NCBI GenBank assembly: GCA_949295285.1
Contig: CASFKI010000018.1
Span: forward strand, 1 to 59,827
Origin: an uncultured bacterium
GTDB taxonomy: Bacteria; Bacillota_I; Bacilli_A; RF39; UBA660
Direction: 5' to 3'
DNA length: 59,827 nucleotides
Of this stretch, positions 1 to 7,956 are shown one piece after another. Below the pieces are notes generated by a model that saw only the letters and a list, made by a program, of their open reading frames with translations, had not been told where the DNA came from and searched no databases. Position 1 is the stretch's first letter; each line of letters begins with the position of its first letter. The translations under genes were made by a program, and so were the position numbers.

Positions 1-199
1 ATTTATTATTATATATAATAGAATTCAATAAACTATTTATATAATTAAAATCTTCTCGCTTAATTAAATCAAAATAATTATATAAATTATCATTAATTAT
101 TGATGAATTTATCATAAAATAACTTATAATACCAAGAATAATACTCAATATAAATAAAAAAATTAATGCTTTAAACAATCTACTTTTAATTATTTTCAT
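1..199 (-). CDS. N-terminal part of a membrane protein, SpoIIM-like (gene continues past the left edge)
   Basis: Not in the ORF track because no stop lies in the window. ATG at 199-197 (minus) reads MKIIKSRLFKALIFLFILSIILGIISYFMINSSIINDNLYNYFDLIKREDF... A TM helix is followed by a ..LY.Y.. segment, as at the N-terminus of stage II sporulation protein M. Confidence 0.4.
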   Translation of the reverse strand, partial: MKIIKSRLFKALIFLFILSIILGIISYFMINSSIINDNLYNYFDLIKREDFNYINSLLNSIIYNNK

Positions 200-265
200 A
201 ATATATTATATTAAAATCTTTATTTTTTATTCCATTTATATTATAATTTAAATGAGGTATTAAAT

Positions 266-373
266 ATGGCAAAAAATAAAAATAAAATATTTAAAAAAGT
301 AGTAGCTTGGGTAATGTTAATTGCAATGATATTAAGCGTCCTTACTGTTGCTATTGCTGTTATGGCTAGTTAA
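266..373 (+). CDS. 35-aa small membrane protein (DUF4044-like)
   Basis: Below the ORF-track size cut-off. GAGGT SD at 254-258, then ATG 266. Sequence MAKNKNKIFKKVVAWVMLIAMILSVLTVAIAVMAS has a basic N-terminus plus one TM helix. A terminator follows. Confidence 0.5.
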   Translation: MAKNKNKIFKKVVAWVMLIAMILSVLTVAIAVMAS

Positions 374-388
374 TATAATTAATTTATT

Positions 389-427
389 AAAAGAATTAAA
401 TTATCATTAAAATCAATTCTTTTTTTG
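389..427 (+). terminator. Intrinsic terminator after the 35-aa ORF
   Basis: AAAAGAATT (389-397) pairs with AATTCTTTT (415-423) and runs into a T-tract. The stem is A/T only. Confidence 0.4.
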
Positions 428-440
428 TTATTTATATATT

Positions 441-465
441 AAAACCGTTTTATTAAAACGGTTTT
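441..465. terminator. Bidirectional hairpin between convergent genes
   Basis: Perfect inverted repeat AAAACCGTTTTA / TAAAACGGTTTT, flanked by A/T runs on both sides. Confidence 0.5.
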
Positions 466-473
466 AATATAAT

Positions 474-1289
474 TTATTTATTTAAATTTTTCATTATCAT
501 TTTATACTGATTAGTATTTAAATAAGAATCAAACCAATTTTCGCATGCTATTCCAACTTGAGAATTAATTAATTTATCTGATTTCAAGTATAAAATTACT
601 TCTTCTATTTCTTTTTTAAATACATACATGCTTTTTTTAATATCAGATAATATTTTTTTCTTAGTAAAATTTTTTCTTAGTATTTTAACAAATAAATTGA
701 AGTTATTAATTAAAAATTGTGACATATTATTACTATAATAACTTATGTCAATATTTAGTGATGGAATAAACTCATATTTATCATATGTAAAATTGTCATT
801 ATAAGTTAATGGTATATCTTCTTCTTTAAGAATTACTATTTCTTTATTAGATACTAATTCTTTTATTTCATCTTTTGTATATAATCTATCCATATCAATT
901 TTAAAATTATCACTATATGCGACATGGTAACATGCTTGCAATTTTTCTTTCCACCAACTAAAATTTTTACCATGACCTTCTGATACAATATCATAAAAAG
1001 TCATATTTGTTGGTATAATACCATAATTTACATATTTTTTATCATTATATTGAGATAAAATTTCTAAATAATCATCACTATCTAAATTGATATCATAAAA
1101 TTTAGTTAATAATTTATAAAAATCTTTATCAGATAAATCATCAATATCAACTTCTAGTAATTTATTAATTATATTAAAATATTCATTAACTATAATTTTA
1201 AACCTTTCAATAATTTCATCATTATTTATACGATATAAATAATCATATATATTTTCAAATCCAGAAATATTCAAATTTGTAATATTCAT
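474..1289 (-). CDS. Hypothetical protein (271 aa)
   Basis: Long ORF whose ATG is preceded by a GGGGG SD. Acidic and Asn/Ile-rich. No motif I recognise. Confidence 0.6.
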   Translation of the reverse strand: MNITNLNISGFENIYDYLYRINNDEIIERFKIIVNEYFNIINKLLEVDIDDLSDKDFYKLLTKFYDINLDSDDYLEILSQYNDKKYVNYGIIPTNMTFYDIVSEGHGKNFSWWKEKLQACYHVAYSDNFKIDMDRLYTKDEIKELVSNKEIVILKEEDIPLTYNDNFTYDKYEFIPSLNIDISYYSNNMSQFLINNFNLFVKILRKNFTKKKILSDIKKSMYVFKKEIEEVILYLKSDKLINSQVGIACENWFDSYLNTNQYKMIMKNLNK

Positions 1290-1322
1290 AATTCCCCCGA
1301 ATCAAACACAATTATCATTTAA

Positions 1323-1398
1323 TGGTGGCCTGCTAGGGACTTGAACCCTAGACCCACCGATTAAGAGTCGGTTGCTCTACCAACTGAGCTAGCAGGCC
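1323..1398 (-). tRNA. tRNA-Lys (anticodon CUU)
   Basis: The reverse complement folds as a cloverleaf: GGCCTGC TA GCTC AGTTGGTA GAGC A ACCGA CTCTTAA TCGGT GGGTC TAGGG TTCAAGT CCCTA GCAGGCC A CCA. All stems are perfect and CCA is encoded. Confidence 0.9.
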
Positions 1399-1473
1399 AT
1401 CTAAATACTTATAAAGTATAACATACTTTAATTAAAAAATAAAGTCAAAAATATAAAATTATTAATCTAATTG

Positions 1474-2058
1474 TTATTTATCAGTAATTTTATTTAACAA
1501 TTTTTGCTTTGCTTTATATTTTTTATTAATTAACAATAATTGATTATAAAATTCATCTAAGCTACAATCATAATTTAATGTTTCATCAATTTCATTTAAA
1601 TTTAAATTATTTAAATTATAAAATTCTATTTTAAAATTTTCAAATTCTTTCTTAATTTCAGCAATAATGTCATAATACAACTTATCAATTTTAATTATAT
1701 AATCTATATCATTTATATTATACGCAGTAAAATGAAATTGATTTATTAATGAATTTATATATTTATTAATCCTATGTATTTGCATATTATTTGATTTAGA
1801 TGTATATAAAAGAAGTTTTTGATACAATTCTTCAATGTATTGACTTTTACTAATTTTAACAATACTTTTAATTAAAATACTATAAGCTTCCCTAATTATT
1901 TTAATTTTTTTTGTAAATGATTCTAGCTCTTTTTTATTTTTTATTATAAGGTTATATGAGGAATATTGACTCATTAATCTTTGGTAATTTTTTATTAATT
2001 CTTCTTTTGTAAAATCTTCTTTTAAATTTAATATATTTAAAGCACTAAAGTAAGTCAT
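1474..2058 (-). CDS. Hypothetical protein with a J-domain-like N-terminus lacking HPD (194 aa)
   Basis: GGAG SD. The N-terminus ALNILNLKEDFTKEELIKNYQRLM...IREAYSIL resembles J-domain helices II/III, but no HPD tripeptide is present. Confidence 0.55.
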   Translation of the reverse strand: MTYFSALNILNLKEDFTKEELIKNYQRLMSQYSSYNLIIKNKKELESFTKKIKIIREAYSILIKSIVKISKSQYIEELYQKLLLYTSKSNNMQIHRINKYINSLINQFHFTAYNINDIDYIIKIDKLYYDIIAEIKKEFENFKIEFYNLNNLNLNEIDETLNYDCSLDEFYNQLLLINKKYKAKQKLLNKITDK

Positions 2059-2192
2059 GTTGATTATTCTCCTTTTTTTTGCATTATTGTAGCATATAAC
2101 ATATAATAATTCAATATAAATTGAAAATACTTATTTAATTAATTATTTTCTCATTATTTTCTCATAAATAAAAAATAGCCAATTATCATTAA

Positions 2193-3440
2193 CTATTTTA
2201 TATTGCTTATTATAGTATTTGAATCAATATTATAATTTTTTTCTTTAATTAATTGAGATACACTTACTATCTTGTATCCCATTTCATTTAACTTGGGTAA
2301 TAACATTTTTGTAGCTTCTATCGTTTCCTCATATATATCATGCATAATGACTATACAACCATCACAAGCATTTTTAATTACATTATTATAAATTTTTGTA
2401 CTATCTTTTACTAACCAATCTTTAGGATCAATATTCCAAGTAACAATTATATATCCCGTATTTAATATTTTTTCATTATTATAATTATATGGGGGTCTTA
2501 AATATTTTAAATTATCCTGTGTTATTGAATGAAATATTTCATTTGTTTGATATAAATCATTTATTAATTCATCATCGTCTAATTTTGTTAAATCTTTATG
2601 GTTATACGAATGACTACCAATTTCACTATTTGATTGATATATTTTTAAAACCACCTCTTTATAATTTTCCATTCTATTACCTAACATAAAAAATGTTGCG
2701 CTTGAATTATTTAATTGTAATGTTTTTAATAAATCATTAGTATATTCTCCTGGACCATCATCATAAGTAAAAGCAATAAATTTATCCCCAGTAGTAGTAT
2801 TTTCTATTACACTAGATTCATCGTTTATAATAATTTCTACATAAGGAATATAATCAATATTCTCAAATTTTATATTGTTAAAATATACACTTATTTTAGA
2901 ATCACTTAATATATATGTGAAATTATTAATAGTATTATTAGAAATAATATCATATATTTCAGTTGAATATTTATGATAGACTAAATCTAATATTTCTTTC
3001 TTTAAATAATTTTCATCATATAAATTACTTATATATGCAATTTTTTTATCTTTTAAATTAATTATTATATTTTTATTTTTTACATTATCCAATGAATTTT
3101 CAATATAAAATACTATATTTACAAAATCATCAACATAATATAATTCATATGTCATATCTAATACTTTATTTTCATTTTTGTTAGATTTAAATTCTTTTAT
3201 AAATGAATATACATAATTAGTTATTATCTCATTAATTTTATCGTTTTTAAATCTAGGATATTCAACATATATTTTGGTATTCTCATCTTCTGCATTATTA
3301 ATAACATTTGTCTCAACTTCGTTCTTATCAATAATTTCGTCATATACAAAAACATTACTAAATATAAATAAAAAAACAAATAATGTAAATATATATATAA
3401 AAAATCTAAATAATTCATTTTTATATCTTAATAAAATCAT
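2193..3440 (-). CDS. Membrane-anchored polysaccharide/peptidoglycan deacetylase (NodB domain, PdaC-like architecture)
   Basis: C-terminal half carries FTYDDGP, GSHSYNH, LRPPY and IVIMHD. An N-terminal TM helix is followed by a ~200-aa spacer domain. The ORF opens at GTG 3452 without an SD, whereas ATG 3440 follows GGTGA. Confidence 0.85.
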   Translation of the reverse strand: MILLRYKNELFRFFIYIFTLFVFLFIFSNVFVYDEIIDKNEVETNVINNAEDENTKIYVEYPRFKNDKINEIITNYVYSFIKEFKSNKNENKVLDMTYELYYVDDFVNIVFYIENSLDNVKNKNIIINLKDKKIAYISNLYDENYLKKEILDLVYHKYSTEIYDIISNNTINNFTYILSDSKISVYFNNIKFENIDYIPYVEIIINDESSVIENTTTGDKFIAFTYDDGPGEYTNDLLKTLQLNNSSATFFMLGNRMENYKEVVLKIYQSNSEIGSHSYNHKDLTKLDDDELINDLYQTNEIFHSITQDNLKYLRPPYNYNNEKILNTGYIIVTWNIDPKDWLVKDSTKIYNNVIKNACDGCIVIMHDIYEETIEATKMLLPKLNEMGYKIVSVSQLIKEKNYNIDSNTIISNIK

Positions 3441-3506
3441 ATTTATTTTCACCTATAATTAATATATCATATTTTATTCATTTTTAAACATTTTTTTAAA
3501 AAATTA

Positions 3507-3535
3507 TTGTAATTAGTCATTTTTTATGTTATTAT
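3507..3535 (+). promoter_or_regulatory. Sigma-A-type promoter for the tRNA pair
   Basis: TTGTAA (3507-3512), 17-nt spacer, TGtTATTAT extended -10 (3527-3535). It ends about 11 nt upstream of the first tRNA. Confidence 0.5.
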
Positions 3536-3546
3536 GAATAAGCGAT

Positions 3547-3623
3547 GGAGCTTTAGCTCAATTGGTTAGAGCATCCGGCTCTTAACCGGGGGGTTGTAGG
3601 TTCGAGTCCTACAAGGTCCACCA
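3547..3623 (+). tRNA. tRNA-Lys (anticodon CUU), second and divergent copy
   Basis: GGAGCTT TA GCTC AATTGGTTA GAGC A TCCGG CTCTTAA CCGGG GGGTT GTAGG TTCGAGT CCTAC AAGGTCC A CCA. There is one G4:G69 mismatch in the acceptor stem. Confidence 0.8.
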
Positions 3624-3632
3624 TTATTTTAT

Positions 3633-3717
3633 GCAGGTGTGGCGAAATTGGCAGACGCACTAGACTTAGGATCTAGCGGAGTAATCCATGGGGGTTCAAG
3701 TCCCTTCACCTGCACCA
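3633..3717 (+). tRNA. tRNA-Leu (anticodon UAG), long variable arm
   Basis: GCAGGTG TG GCGA AATTGGCAGA CGCA CTAGA CTTAGGA TCTAG, then a long variable arm, GGGGG TTCAAGT CCCTT CACCTGC A CCA. Confidence 0.9.
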
Positions 3718-3755
3718 GTGACGAATCTATTCGAATTATTCGAATTTTTAAATAT

Positions 3756-3786
3756 AAAAATCAACTCAATTCGGGTTGATTTTTAT
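3756..3786 (+). terminator. Intrinsic terminator after the tRNA operon
   Basis: AAAAATCAAC / GTTGATTTTT hairpin followed by a T-tract. It is preceded by tandem palindromes ATTCGAAT-T-ATTCGAAT-TTTT (3730-3750). Confidence 0.6.
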
Positions 3787-4639
3787 ATAAAAGATTTTTT
3801 ACTAGGAAAAAATTCTAATTATAATAATATTATCAAACAAGAAATAGCAATTAAAGAATCTTTAATGCACCACTCCTACTTTCATTGACAATTTTATTCA
3901 TAAAGTAGATTAACTAATCTTTCAAATGTAGAACATCATAAAATAAATCATTAAAGGTATAACATTTTCTTATTTTTAATTATTCTAATGAAATTTATAT
4001 TAAAAATTTATTTCAAAAGATAAAATACTAAATTAAATGATTATTTAAAAAAATTAATTGTAATAATTGACATTTTTTAAAAACACTAAAATATTCATAA
4101 AAAAATTTATATTTATTTAAAGGCTTAAATATGTGCTATAGAAGATATTTTATAATTATTTAGACTTTAAAAAAAGTGATTTAAAGAAAGAAAAGAAATT
4201 ATATGTTCTTTATATTGGTATAAACTGAAAATTAGACTCATGAATGTCTTTGTTTACTAGATCAAAAAGAAAGATATCAAACAGATCAAAATAAACATAT
4301 AATAACTTTAAAATTAAATATAATAACAAAAAAGGATTTATAATTTGGAAAAGTTAATAACTTTTTTAACGAAAATAATGCATATCTTAAATGTGCAAAT
4401 AATGAAATGAATACCACTAATAGAAAATGATATGTCTAAACAAGTCAATATATTTGATGTATTCACAAAATAAAATTAATAGAACTACTAGAAAATTAAA
4501 AATTAAGAAGATATATGCATTTTCCAAAAGAATTATATGAACTTAGTATATTTAATAATTATACCATTAAAGAAATAAAAAAGGAGTATATTTATTGAAA
4601 AAAATACAATAATAAGAAATAAAATTTCTAGATAGAGAT

Positions 4640-4668
4640 TTGACAATTTAATGTAAATATGCTATAAT
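4640..4668 (+). promoter_or_regulatory. Consensus sigma-A promoter
   Basis: TTGACA (4640-4645), exactly 17 nt, TATAAT (4663-4668). A GGGGA SD and ATG 4700 lie downstream. Confidence 0.65.
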
Positions 4669-4699
4669 AACCTACCAATAAGAAAGGGGAATTTTAGAT

Positions 4700-5296
4700 A
4701 TGGAAAAAATAATAATTTCAAAAAAATCTATAAATGAAGAAAATATTAATTCGGCGTTATTTCTTAAATATATTGAAACATATGGATTTAATCCTAATAA
4801 TTATCACAATATATTAGAGTTATTTCAATCAGCTAAAGGTTCAATGTCACAATTTTTAAGACAATATAATCAATATTTATTATCTAGGCAAGTAAATTAC
4901 GACGAACTTGACAAAATGGGCATAAATGGTGCTTATGGATATTTTCATAGTGATGGAATAGTTGTTCCAAAAACAACTGAAAATGATAATAGATTTTTAC
5001 ATACTCCAGTAAAAAGATTATATATAAAGCATATTTATGGAGTACCAACAATTAATAATTTTGACGTAATTATAGCAAATGGAACTTTACCATATATGAA
5101 TAATACTGCTAATTTTGGCATTGATAAATATTTAGGTTTTTGTATGGATGATACAGATGAAAATTTAGCTATTTCGTTTGAAAGATATGAATATTTAGTT
5201 AATTTACTAAATAGACAAAGCCAAGAGGAATATACTTTAGAACATGACACATTATCTTCAAAGGGTAAACAATTATGTTTAGTGAAAAAGAAATAA
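4700..5296 (+). CDS. Hypothetical protein (198 aa)
   Basis: ORF with a consensus promoter and SD. No recognisable motif. Confidence 0.6.
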   Translation: MEKIIISKKSINEENINSALFLKYIETYGFNPNNYHNILELFQSAKGSMSQFLRQYNQYLLSRQVNYDELDKMGINGAYGYFHSDGIVVPKTTENDNRFLHTPVKRLYIKHIYGVPTINNFDVIIANGTLPYMNNTANFGIDKYLGFCMDDTDENLAISFERYEYLVNLLNRQSQEEYTLEHDTLSSKGKQLCLVKKK

Positions 5297-5371
5297 TTTA
5301 ATTTTTTAAATATGTCAAATATATTATAATTAATATTAAGTTTCATATCCAATATTTTTGTAGATATAGTT

Positions 5372-5941
5372 TTAATTTTTTAAAATTAATTTTTTTTCTT
5401 TTTTATTAATAAATGCAATCATATTTGTTGTTTTATTCCAAAATTCTTCTCCCTTACTAGAAAAATTTAAAATAATATTTCTAACTATAGATAAAAATAA
5501 ATTTGAAAAATTTTCATTCATAAATGTATTTACTACACCATCAATATCATTAGAATTTTTTAATTCATACATAATTTCTATTGCTATATCTAAATCAAAA
5601 CCATAATAAATATCTTTGGCTCTACTTCTAACACACTTTTCCCATAACTCATGTTTATCTTTACTGATTATTTTTTTTCCAATTTCAATCCAATTTTGAA
5701 CATTACAAGATGCTATTTTTTTAAAATCTTTGCTAGATGGTAATAATGTTTTTTTAATTTGATTATATTCACTTTTAGTTATTTGTTTTGAATTTTTTGT
5801 ATTTATAGGTAAAAAATCAGAATGCAATATAAACCCATTAAGATTGCAATACGCATGATTTCCTTTTATTTTTTCATTTAATAATTTTAAATAAATAGTT
5901 TCAATATTATCATAAATTGTTACAATTATTTCTTTTTCCAT
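5372..5941 (-). CDS. Hypothetical protein (about 189 aa)
   Basis: The ORF extends to 5971, but ATG 5941 (MEKEIIVTIY...) follows a GAGGT SD with 5-nt spacing. No recognisable motif. Confidence 0.55.
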   Translation of the reverse strand: MEKEIIVTIYDNIETIYLKLLNEKIKGNHAYCNLNGFILHSDFLPINTKNSKQITKSEYNQIKKTLLPSSKDFKKIASCNVQNWIEIGKKIISKDKHELWEKCVRSRAKDIYYGFDLDIAIEIMYELKNSNDIDGVVNTFMNENFSNLFLSIVRNIILNFSSKGEEFWNKTTNMIAFINKKEKKLILKN

Positions 5942-6044
5942 AATATACCTCGTGTATATGTATAATAACATAATTCTAACAATAATACTATATTGATTAG
6001 CTAATTAAATCATGATATATTTGAAATAAGAAAAGGAAGGTGTT

Positions 6045-6689
6045 ATGAAAAAATATCGTTGTACAATTTGCGGTTATATTTATGATGATGAGAAGGAAAA
6101 AATAAAATTTGAAGATTTACCAGATGATTGGACTTGCCCATTATGTGGTGCTGCTAAGAATTTATTTGAAGAGATAAAAGAAGAAACTCAAGTAAATATT
6201 ACACAGATGAAAAATATTGAAAATGAAGATAAAATTGAAGATGATACAATGAGAGAGTTATCTAATTCTGAAATAGCATATATATGTTATAATTTAGCAA
6301 AAGGGTGTGAAAAACAATATTTATTTAAAGAACAAAAAATATTTAATGATATAGCAGATGCATATATTAAAAATGAAGATAAAATTGAAGGTAGTATAAA
6401 TGATATTAAATTATTAGTAGAAAAAGATAAAATACTATTAGAAAATTCTAACTTAGTAGCTGATGAAAATAATGACAGGGGTGCTAAAAGAGTTATTACA
6501 TGGGCTAATAAAACAACAAATATTATAAGTTCTATTTTAGATCGTTATGAAAAAGATGGGATGGATTTTATAAATAATTCCAAAATATGGGTTTGTGATA
6601 TATGTGGTTTTGTATATATTGGAGATCAACCGCCTAAGACTTGTCCAATTTGTAAAGTTCAAAATTTAAAGATTTTGGAGGTGAAATAA
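6045..6689 (+). CDS. Rubredoxin / helical domain / rubredoxin-like fusion protein (rubrerythrin-like layout without diiron ligands)
   Basis: N-terminal CTICG...CPLCG rubredoxin knuckles and C-terminal CDICG...CPICK. The whole 214-aa protein contains no histidine, so no ExxH diiron motifs are possible. Confidence 0.75.
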   Translation: MKKYRCTICGYIYDDEKEKIKFEDLPDDWTCPLCGAAKNLFEEIKEETQVNITQMKNIENEDKIEDDTMRELSNSEIAYICYNLAKGCEKQYLFKEQKIFNDIADAYIKNEDKIEGSINDIKLLVEKDKILLENSNLVADENNDRGAKRVITWANKTTNIISSILDRYEKDGMDFINNSKIWVCDICGFVYIGDQPPKTCPICKVQNLKILEVK

Positions 6690-6690
6690 T

Positions 6691-7167
6691 ATGAGCGATA
6701 ATCACGCATATAGAAATGTTAATATTTGCACTAAGGATTGTTTATGTTTGTTTGTTTGTCCAACAGGAGCTACTAACAATGAAACTGGACAAATTGATTT
6801 TGAAAAATGTATAGGTTGCGGTAATTGTATGAGAGCATGCCCAGCTAGAGCAATTACTATGATTCCAAATAAATTACCTGCTCAACAGAAGAAAAATAAA
6901 AAAGTCATAAATGAATTATTTAAAATTGCTAATAACAAAATTGAAGAAAATAAAATATTAAATGCAATTTTAGAAAAAGAGCCTAATAATAAACTTATTA
7001 AATCTTTGCTTCATTCTAATAAAGTAATTCTTGAAGATTTAATGAGAGAGTCAGGATTTATGTTACCTCAAAGTAAAAATACTTACGAATTATTAATTAA
7101 ATTATCAACTGGTATTCAAAAAGATAATGCTAAAAAATTGTTAGATATGATTAAACCAATTGAATAA
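6691..7167 (+). CDS. 4Fe-4S dicluster ferredoxin-domain protein with a helical C-terminal tail
   Basis: CTKDCLCLFVCP and CIGCGNCMRACP motifs. The start lies 1 nt after the stop of the upstream gene and has a GGAGGTG SD. Confidence 0.8.
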   Translation: MSDNHAYRNVNICTKDCLCLFVCPTGATNNETGQIDFEKCIGCGNCMRACPARAITMIPNKLPAQQKKNKKVINELFKIANNKIEENKILNAILEKEPNNKLIKSLLHSNKVILEDLMRESGFMLPQSKNTYELLIKLSTGIQKDNAKKLLDMIKPIE

Positions 7168-7194
7168 AGCTTATGATATACATAAGCTTTTTTA
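7167..7194 (+). terminator. Intrinsic terminator
   Basis: AAAGCTTATG / CATAAGCTTT hairpin followed by TTTT. Confidence 0.65.
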
Positions 7195-7274
7195 CTATAA
7201 AATTTTAATTTATATGTTGCATTTTTAATATTATTGAATTATAATATACAAGTTTTAATAGAAAGGAGAAAAAA

Positions 7275-7865
7275 ATGAAAAACTATTTTGATAAAATGTC
7301 TGAGTTATTTCAAATAAATAATAAAAATGCATATGTTGAATTAAGTGAAAATGATATTATTAAAGCAAAAGAATATTTAAATTGGCTAAAATATGAGCCA
7401 AAGCATTGGAATATTGGTGGATTATTAAAAAAATCTAATAATGAACTAACAATTAATGAAAAAGAAAAATTAAAATTAAGAAATTTAGAATTAAAATTAA
7501 TACCAATATTCGAAAGTTACATAAATAATAGATGCATTAAATATTTAAACATTATATGTAATGTTATTAATAATATTAATATATCAGATTTTATAAATTT
7601 TAAATTAACAAAAACTGATATTGAAGAATATGATGAAAGTATTTTCTCTATGTTATATGAAAAAGATACAGACATATCTCCTAAAGAAAAAATAAAAAAT
7701 TTCATTCAAAACATAGATGAAACTGATAGTATTAAAAATAGTTATATTAAATATATGCTTAATATTAGACTTCATAATTTAGAAAATACTCAAGATATTA
7801 ATACTAATAAGCATTTAGGTTTAAAAAAGATTATTAAAGTTGCAGAAGATCAAATAAATAAATAA
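7275..7865 (+). CDS. Hypothetical protein (196 aa)
   Basis: TTGCAT-17-TATAAT promoter and AAGGAG SD upstream, hairpin terminator at 7862-7890. No recognisable motif. Confidence 0.6.
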   Translation: MKNYFDKMSELFQINNKNAYVELSENDIIKAKEYLNWLKYEPKHWNIGGLLKKSNNELTINEKEKLKLRNLELKLIPIFESYINNRCIKYLNIICNVINNINISDFINFKLTKTDIEEYDESIFSMLYEKDTDISPKEKIKNFIQNIDETDSIKNSYIKYMLNIRLHNLENTQDINTNKHLGLKKIIKVAEDQINK

Positions 7866-7956
7866 CTTTATTATAAAGTTATTTATTTTACTATTATTTG
7901 TCAGTTTAATTGTATTTATATATAAAAATATTATATAATTAATTAGGTGATTAGAT

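Noticed and set aside
3688-3888. 66-aa plus-strand ORF in the supplied track
   Set aside because: Its first 30 nt are the 3' half of tRNA-Leu and it runs through the tRNA terminators. It has no SD and is a chance ORF.
3547-5971. Genomic island or prophage remnant integrated at the tRNA genes
   Set aside because: I found no integrase or recombinase ORF, no direct repeat of the tRNA-Leu or tRNA-Lys 3' end downstream, and no obvious compositional shift. It is kept only as a low-confidence idea in the findings.
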